Shown here piece by piece: positions 55,321-64,000 of a stretch of 64,000 nt of DNA. The stretch lies in NCBI RefSeq assembly GCF_009914755.1, contig NC_060927.1; one strand, written 5' to 3'. Position numbers and translations under genes: made by a program. The notes under the pieces are model-generated. The model saw only the letters and a program-made list of their open reading frames with translations. It was not told where the DNA came from and made no database searches. Position 1 is the stretch's first letter. Every line of letters starts with the position of its first letter. Source of the DNA: the human T2T-CHM13v2.0 reference genome, Homo sapiens.

Positions 55321-57669
55321 CGGCTTGCTACAATGAAGTGTGTATGGCTATGCATATATGTATTCATTCCTCAGGATTTTGAGTGAAACTCCAAGTTTTA
55401 TTTACACTCGCAAAGCTTCTACAAATTTGTAAAGCCACAAAACTCAAGGCTGACTCTAAAATCTTTAGACATGCCATTCCAATTTGGTGGCAATCAGAGT
55501 TCAGGTCATATTTATGTGGCTTCTTAGTCCCAGCAATATTTAAACTTCAAATGCTGAGCATCGTATGTACAAGCATGATGCAGTGCAACCTGAACCTGGA
55601 AAAAAAAACACTCCAGCACCTTTGATTGTCCTGTTGATTGCAGAGTGGTGAACCCATGTACACTGACTTTTCAATCAACCACTTTTTGCCTCAGTCGGCT
55701 CAGAAAGAGAACTTCAGCTAAATAAATATTTCTGACAATTGACCTGCAGTGCAACAAGACGCTCACAAAAGAAAAAGGAAAAGATACATCTAAACTGCCT
55801 GTCAGCTTTTCTTTTTCTGATAGAAAGTAGAGCTTCAGATACTCTGAGAAAGATTCCAATTTGTACAATTTGTACATACTGGTGGTAGCAGAAAATAAAG
55901 CCAAACTATAAGGGAGTTCAAAGTGTCACTCATTTTACAATTAAAAATCAAGGACATCAGGAAGGAATGAAAATAACTCACTTGTATAGAGGCAGTGAAA
56001 ACAACATTCACGTCACAGATATAGCCATTTCCATCTCCACCCTCCTCATTACTCAGGCTGAAAAATGGAAGAGTGAGGCTGTCTTACCCAGGCTGAACTC
56101 TTCCCTGCAGCCAGAGAAGGGGAGACAGTGGAGGAACCTAGCTGTGTCAAGCTAGCTCTGTGACCTTGGTAGGTCACCTCATGGCTGCACCTCTCTTTTC
56201 CCATCTACGAAATGCGGAGGTGGAGATGAGGATTGTAATTCCTGTTAATTCTAATATTCTAATAGTTTGTTTTTCACAACCTGCAGAAAAACATAAGGGA
56301 AAACAACTTGATACTTCTATTCTCTCCTTTCAATACAAGTAATACATGAATCACTTAAATTCAAATTGAAAAAGAACAAATAGAATTTCACCCCTTCTCC
56401 CTATTCCTAGTTTTCTCAATAATGTGTTTTAAATCTATTTCCATATCTTTCAGGACCCAAGGATATTTCTTCCTAATTTCCACCTCCAAATTTGCTACTT
56501 CATGGCACTTACTTTTTAATGAGTAAGCTTCTGCTTTCTTCAAGAAGCTATCTGAGAAGGTGGGGTCAGAGAACCAAAAGATATCATTTATTCTCTTAGG
56601 AATCTGAGACTATAAATATTTTGTTATGGGTGCAGATTCTTTTAACCTGAAGTTTAGATCATGTTAAATAGAGAGTATCTGCCTTAAAACAGCTTGACAT
56701 GTGACCCCTATATTTATAACCCTTCTAACTTAAAACTGCAGTACTCACCAAAACTCACATATACCATTGCCAAAAGATTGCTACTTAAGTATGTTTTCCA
56801 TATTGGGACACATAAGCCAATCTACAACCATGTATATACAATGCAAACATTTATTTCATAATTACTTTTTAATTTTGTAGATCTTCTTCAATTTGTGAAT
56901 TTCCTTTGCTTTGCTGTACTTGAAATGGACAGCACATGCATGGCCCATAAAATTAAAAACCAAAAAAAGTCAATGAAATCTTTTATTTGGGAAATTAATT
57001 CTTGATGGTTTGAGTCAACAAGAATCAAGAATAAAAGATTCTAAATCTACTCTGTGAGATAAAATGGTCCCATTGCACAGTGAGTGCTCTCCTTCAAGGC
57101 AAGCAAAGAGATGCTTGAAGCCCATGATAGTGCTAGGCCCATAGAACCAATGATGATAAGAAAGCTGTTTTGCTAATGTAGGAAATAGGAAAACTTTTTA
57201 TTCTATTGTTCTAGAATCAGATGATGTAAATTCCTATACCTGTATACTAGACAGTTGAAACAGTCTTGGTGACACTGATACCACAAAATTTTCTCACCAA
57301 ACAACAGAACTTGGCAGGCCTAGTATCATATTCAGCCATAGTTCAATCATAAAGGAATTTGGAAAAAACTCTGCCCTAAGTTTGGTCAAGATCTTGAAAC
57401 TTTATGCTATAATAAGTATCACTGAAACTGTGACAAACATTACACACATTACACATATCCTAGAACTAAAAGTTTCTTTCATGGTTTGAATTATTGGATC
57501 CAAAAATTTTAGCATTGAAATTCTTATTGAAATGGAAAAGTAAGAACTGTTGAAGATTTTTTTAAAAAAGAACTAAGCATGAAAACCGTACTTTAGCTAA
57601 CAGAAAACTTTTCAGTATTCTCCTAGATATAGATACAAGTAAAAAAAGCAATGCCAGCATTCTGGAGAA

Positions 57670-57890
57670 TAGTTCTCCCCTTCTCTGTTGCTATTCCTAC
57701 TTTATTGCCTTCATAGAAACTTTCCCTCTCTGACATTGCCAGATTTGCTTACCTATTCCATGTATAATATCTATCTTCCCCTAATAAAATGTAAGCTCCA
57801 TGAGGACAGACACATTATGTCTCTTGTTCACCATCATATCCACAGCAAACATTTGAAAATAAAATAATTGAATAGACGAATGTATAAATG
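57670..57890 (+). mobile_element. L2 3' end
   Basis: AATGTAAGCTCCATGAGGACAGA..TGTCTCTTGTTCAC. Confidence 0.7.
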
Positions 57891-58480
57891 TATGAGGTAA
57901 AATTTGAATGTAGTACAAAGTTTCTTGACATGATGAAGCATGCCTGTATTGCTACAAATAAGGATAAGTAGAAATACAAATAAGTAGAATAAATAGGAAG
58001 AGAGTCATCTTTAATAAAACCTGCCTAGCATTTTAAGAAGCCTCAAATAACTTGTGCAAAAAAGTTACCAATATTATTATCCAATAATATGTTGGATAAT
58101 ATATTACTACATAAATAAATGTATTGTGCCTTATAATTTAAATACTTGGTGGTATACGATTAAAGCATTCTTTAAAAAGCATGTATTTCTGTTTGACTTG
58201 TTTTCTGATAAACTATTCTATTTAAATAGTGTGAAATGTGCTTTTAGAACCTAAGTACAGCATACATAACATGAACACCGTCTATTTCAGAAATAAAAAT
58301 TCAGTTTACCATTGTGGGACTTAATTCATTAGTTTTTGATGTTTTAAATTAGGGATTTCTTATTTACAGTTTTTTTTCCTACTTTTTCCGTTAACATGAT
58401 CCTATTCATGTTATACATTTTATAACTATCATTGCACTGTATTCTAAATTATGTTAGGTAAGTATGTTATGAAAGTATAA

Positions 58481-59160
58481 CTAGATAAACTGGACTACAT
58501 CAAAATTTAACATTTCCTCATCAAAGGACACAATCAACAGAGTGAAAAGGCAACCCATGGAATGAAAGACAGTATTTATAAATCATATATCTTCAAATCA
58601 CCAAACAAATGAAGAGCTCCTACAACTCAAAAACAAATAGTTTAAAAATGGGCAAAGCACTTGAACAGACTTTTCTCCAAAGAAGATATACAAATTGCTA
58701 AGAAGCATATGAAAAGAGGCTCAACATCATTGTCATTAGGAAAACGCACAACAAAACCACCATGAGTTACTACTTCATACCCATTAGGACATCCAGTATG
58801 AAAACAAAAAAAAAAAACAGGACATACCAAAGGATGACGAGGATGTAGAGAAATTGAAACTCTTGTACATGATTGGTGGGAATGTAAAATGGTACAGCCA
58901 TTATGAAAATCAATATAACAGTTCCTCAAAAATGTAAAAGTTACCATATAATCTAGCAATTCCATTTCAAGGTATATGCCCAAAATAATTAAAAGCAGGG
59001 TTTCAAAGACAGACTGTACACCAGTGTTCATAGCAGCATTATTCACAATAGCCAAAAGGCAGAAGTAACCCACGTGTCCATTAATGGATGGACACATAAA
59101 ACGTAGCATATACACGCAATTGATTATTTAGCCTCAAAAAGGAAGAAAATTCTGATACTT
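58481..59160 (+). mobile_element. L1MB-like ORF2-end/3' fragment
   Basis: GGACTACATCAAAATTT..CAGAGTGAAAAGGCAACCCA...CACAATAGCCAAAAGGCAGAAG. Confidence 0.85.
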
Positions 59161-59755
59161 GCATGTATCACATATGTCAGCTCTATGTATCAGCATTTAT
59201 TTGTTACCCATTATCAGACTTTGGTTTCTTTAGGTCATGTGTAATGTTTATCTATTAAAAATAATGCAGCAATAAATATTTGAATGACTTAAGCCTTTCT
59301 CTGGATTTTGTATTTGATTTAACCTTAGGCTAGCTTCTTCTCGGGCTAAATTAGTAGGTCATAGACTATAAACATGTTTGAAATTCTCTACTCACAAGAA
59401 TTTATTTTTAAATGTGTTAAATTAAGGTTTAGGAAATTTGCCAGGACTTACTGGCTACAGGAGGTATCAAATATTAGATAAATATATCTGCAATCGTTTT
59501 TCAGTATTTCCAGAAGATACTATGTTTTGAATTTAAAAATCTTTAATGAACCTTTTATATAGAAAATATATTTTGATAGAATTGTTATTAAAGATATGCC
59601 TCAAGTTATGCAATGTTATGTATAAAGACTCTACTGGTGAGATCTATAGGTGACTTATGGTCAGAAAAATATCTGCCTCTTTTTCGATTTTGCTACCGGG
59701 CAGCACCAAGTTGGGCCTATTTTTGTGCTTAATGACTGCCATGTTCTTCGCTCAG

Positions 59756-59836
59756 AGTTTTGTTACAATATTTCCCTGTCTTCCATTTTTTACCTGGGAG
59801 GATAGAGATGGGAACTACAGACCACGAACAACGCAG
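59756..59836 (+). other. Candidate 81-nt internal exon
   Basis: CTTAAT branch-like motif, pyrimidine-rich TGTTCTTCGCTCAG acceptor, CAG|GTAATT donor, local CpG retention. Confidence 0.35.
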
Positions 59837-60953
59837 GTAATTTTATATACATCATTCCATATAATCCACTTGACAGCTGTGTATTATGTTTTTTTTCAGA
59901 TTCCCTTTCCACCAATAAAACTGATGCACAAAGTTTGAGTGGCTCGACTTTTATTACAGAGTGATTCTTGGCCTTATTATATTCAAGTTTTTATTGTATG
60001 TTGCTCCAGGCCTTTTTGGAAATAAAGAGGGTGCATAAATAAATAATGTAAACTAGTATTTTCAACATCAAAACATCATTTCATTTAACGCTGAGCACTG
60101 AAGACTAGTAGAATGTTACAGCCAGAAGAAAATCAATCATCTTTTCAGCCCCATCCTTTGACAAGCAAAGGCCCAAAGACATGACCTAAAGGACCCATAG
60201 CATATAACGGGCTGTTAGCTACATTTCTGGGTCTTCTTTTTCAAAATAGAGTAAAATTATTTTTTGTAGCTCATTTTCACTTCCTGTGCAAGAATCTCAT
60301 TGCCTATTAGTCTCAGGATGCACGTATTACTCCCAAGGAAAGAATGAAAGTGAGATTTAAACAAATTAATAAAATCAGTTTGTACTAGAGTATAATGCAA
60401 CTACATGAACAATAGACATTCAAACTTTATGTGCAAAAGTCTTTCTTCTATTCTGCAATACATTTTACATCATCCAATGTTATAATAAAATCTCTGTTCT
60501 CCAGGCTTGTTAGCTGTTTTATTCATTTATATCCTTGAGAAAAAGGGACAATTTAAATTGATACAATTTAACCTACTTCTAGAATTTATCCTAAGGAAAT
60601 CAACAGAAAATGTACCAAATAAATATCCATAAAATGTTAATAATAGTATTTACTTTATTTCATTTAATTACAGTATTTTTAAAGGGAGAAAAGTAAGAAT
60701 TGTGTAAAATCTCAAACAATAAGATTATTTAAATAATGATACATCACACAAAGGAGTCCTGAAAAGCAATAAAAATCATGATGCAGAACTATATTTATTG
60801 ACATGAATAAAGGATAAGCCCATTTATCTAAACAAACGGATATTGCTATATGTTTTTAGGCCTATCAGTGTATCTTCAAAGAAACTCTAAAACACACTTT
60901 GAATTGTCTATAACAGGACTATGAATGAGTTGCCTTTATTTTTTATGTTTCTC

Positions 60954-61247
60954 TTTTTTTCTGAGACAGGATCTCACTCTGTCACCCAGACTGGAGTGCA
61001 ATGGTGCAATCATGGCTCAGTGCAGCCTCAACCTCCCAGGCTCAAGTGATCCTCCCACCTTAGCCTCCTGAGTAACTGGGACTACAGGTGTGTGCCACCA
61101 CACTCAGCTAATTTGTTAAGCTTTTTTTGTAGAGATGGAGTCTCACTATGTTGCCCAGGCTTGTCTCAAACCCATGAGCTCAAGCAATCCTCAAACCTCA
61201 GCCTCCCAAATTGCTGGGATTACAGGTATGAGCCACTGCACCTGGCC
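60954..61247 (-). mobile_element. AluJ
   Basis: CATGGCTCAGTGCAGCCTCAACCTCCCAGGCTCAAGTGATCC. Confidence 0.9.
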
Positions 61248-61456
61248 TTCTTTATACCCCACAAAACTTTTCTATTTCTTACCTTTTCTGTTTCTCTGTT
61301 ATCTTCTTGTAATTATATAAAGAGCAGATATTAGTTTATAATCAGTAAAAAGAAAATAAATCTACTTTTATCCAGATAAAATTATATTAAGTATTTAAAA
61401 ACCTATCTAAAACTAACTTACCATATTATCACAATGAACTTGATTTGAAAAATCCC

Positions 61457-61794
<338 letters not shown>

Positions 61795-61925
61795 TTACAA
61801 ACACAATGCACTAAAAAAAGTCAATGAAGCCAATAAACAGAGTTAAAAATTGTATATGCTATTTTTTGATCCAGTGAAACATACTCCATGTTTCTCATAT
61901 GCTGTCTTGTTCAACCTGCCTTTGT

Positions 61926-62440
61926 GACTGGTAGGAAGAATAATGTCCCCACTCAAAGATGTCCATATTCTAATCCCTGGAAACTATGATTATGCTATTT
62001 TACATGGCAAAGTGAAGTTAAGGTTGCAGATGGAATTAAGATGGCTAATCAGCTGACCTTAATATAAAGAAATTATCCTGGACTACCCCAGAGGGCCCAG
62101 CGTAATCACAAGGATCAAATGTAGTAGAATGAGGCAGAAGGTCAGTGCCAGAGTGACGCAGCCTAAGGAAAACTGGACCAGCCACTGCTGGCTTTAGAGA
62201 CAGAAGGGGGCCATGAAATGAGGAATTCAGGGAGATTCTAGAAGCTAGGAAAGGCAAAGCAAGGAAATGGATTTTCCCCTAGAGCCTGCAGAAGAAAGGC
62301 AGCCCTGCCAAAATCTTGATTTTAGCTTAGTGAGACCCATTTCAGAGTTCTAATCTCCAGCACTGTAAAATAATAAATTTGTGTTGTTTTAAGCCACCAA
62401 ATTGTTGGTAAATTGTATTACCGTGATAGAAACTAATACA
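61926..62440 (+). mobile_element. MLT1D/E-type MaLR solo LTR
   Basis: AAAGATGTCCATATTCTAATCCCTGGAA...AATAAATTTGTGTTGTTTTAAGCCAC...AACTAATACA. Confidence 0.88.
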
Positions 62441-62845
62441 GACCCTGGTATATTCATGTGATGATTTTAAAATTAAATGTAAAGGTTCTACTCCTCCGAT
62501 AATACTAATTAATACTAACATATTATTGTCATAAATATGAAATACACCCTTGGACTAGTCTTTATGCTATTACATATCATCTTACCTCGAAATCTACACA
62601 CATACACACACACTCATAGCTTGGATTCATTCCTTTATCATTCATTCATCTCCTGAGCAAATTTTTTATATTATCTTAAAAGCTTCCACTCATTCTAAGT
62701 ATTCTGATCTTTTACAGAATGTTTGACAATGACATTTCTCTAACTTTCCATTACTACCCGTATCATCTCCTCAGTTCTTCTATTAAGCCTGACCAAAGTA
62801 CGCTCCTGACACCAGATTCTCCCTGACATAAAAACCAGGGGAGTT

Positions 62846-63440
<595 letters not shown>

Positions 63441-63857
63441 TCTCCTTCAAACCTTACATATCTAAAATGTAAGACTACTGTCCCTTCCTTGAACAATGAG
63501 GTTACTTGGTCACCTTCCTAACAGTAAATTTAAATGCTTCCAAAATTCTGTACCATCTAGAATCCCCTGACTCTCTTCAGAAAACTTTCTGGTATCTCTC
63601 CCTAGACCAAAACAAACCAAATGGACAAATAAAAGCAAAAAGAAATTCTCCACAGTGCATCTCATTACACATGCTTACTAGAATATTTATGTAGCTTTAA
63701 GCAATAATTCATACCTCCCAATGTGTCTCATTTGTATTATTATCTCAAAGTAATTGTGTGATTTGTTACCTTTTTCTTTTAATAAAACATTTCATTTCCT
63801 CATTATGCTACCTATATAAGGCCAAACAAGTTTCAGAAATAAGGCAATGCTTCATGG

Positions 63858-64000
63858 TTTTTTTTGTTTTTTGTTTTGTTTTGTTTTGTTTGAAACAAGA
63901 GTCTCACTCTGTTGCCCAGGCTGGAGTGCAGTGGCATGAGCGATCTTGGCTCACTGCAACCTCCGCCTCCCAGGTTCAAGCGATTCTCCTGCCTCAGCCT
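63858..64000 (-). mobile_element. AluS right arm (runs off window)
   Basis: (TTTTG)n tail followed by GAGTCTCACTCTGTTGCCCAGGCTGGAG. Confidence 0.9.

Overview
This is primate (human-like; AluY present) genomic DNA, not prokaryotic. It is AT-rich, CpG-depleted and dominated by interspersed repeats, as in an intergenic region or large intron. I could not recognise the locus or any intact protein-coding gene. The recognisable ORFs in the track are decayed L1 ORF1/ORF2, HERV-L protease, Alu translations or stop-free purine-pyrimidine microsatellites; the rest are short and unsupported. Main structures: (1) a full-length ancient L1MA-type LINE (8623-19406, 16-bp TSD) with nested L1PA, a two-LTR internally deleted HERV-L/MLT2A provirus, an L1PB with MER1B inside it, and an Alu; (2) many L1PA/L1M, Alu, MaLR LTR, L2, MIR and hAT/Tigger fossils; (3) a duplicated ~312-bp unit with long alternating purine-pyrimidine tracts (39837-40693). 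The most notable finding is a ~1.55-kb mosaic of LTR and Alu fragments (43001-44544). It has a perfect 16-bp TSD, a poly(A) tail and AATAAA, so it looks like an L1-mobilised retrocopy or orphan transduction of a non-coding TE-chimeric RNA that repeat annotation would split into unrelated pieces. Weaker, inferential signals are GATA/MYB/RUNX/ETS motif clusters (55.1 kb, 63.2 kb), DUX4-type motifs in LTRs and several candidate spliced exons. Subfamily names were assigned by eye from remembered consensus features, and boundaries of old repeats are approximate.
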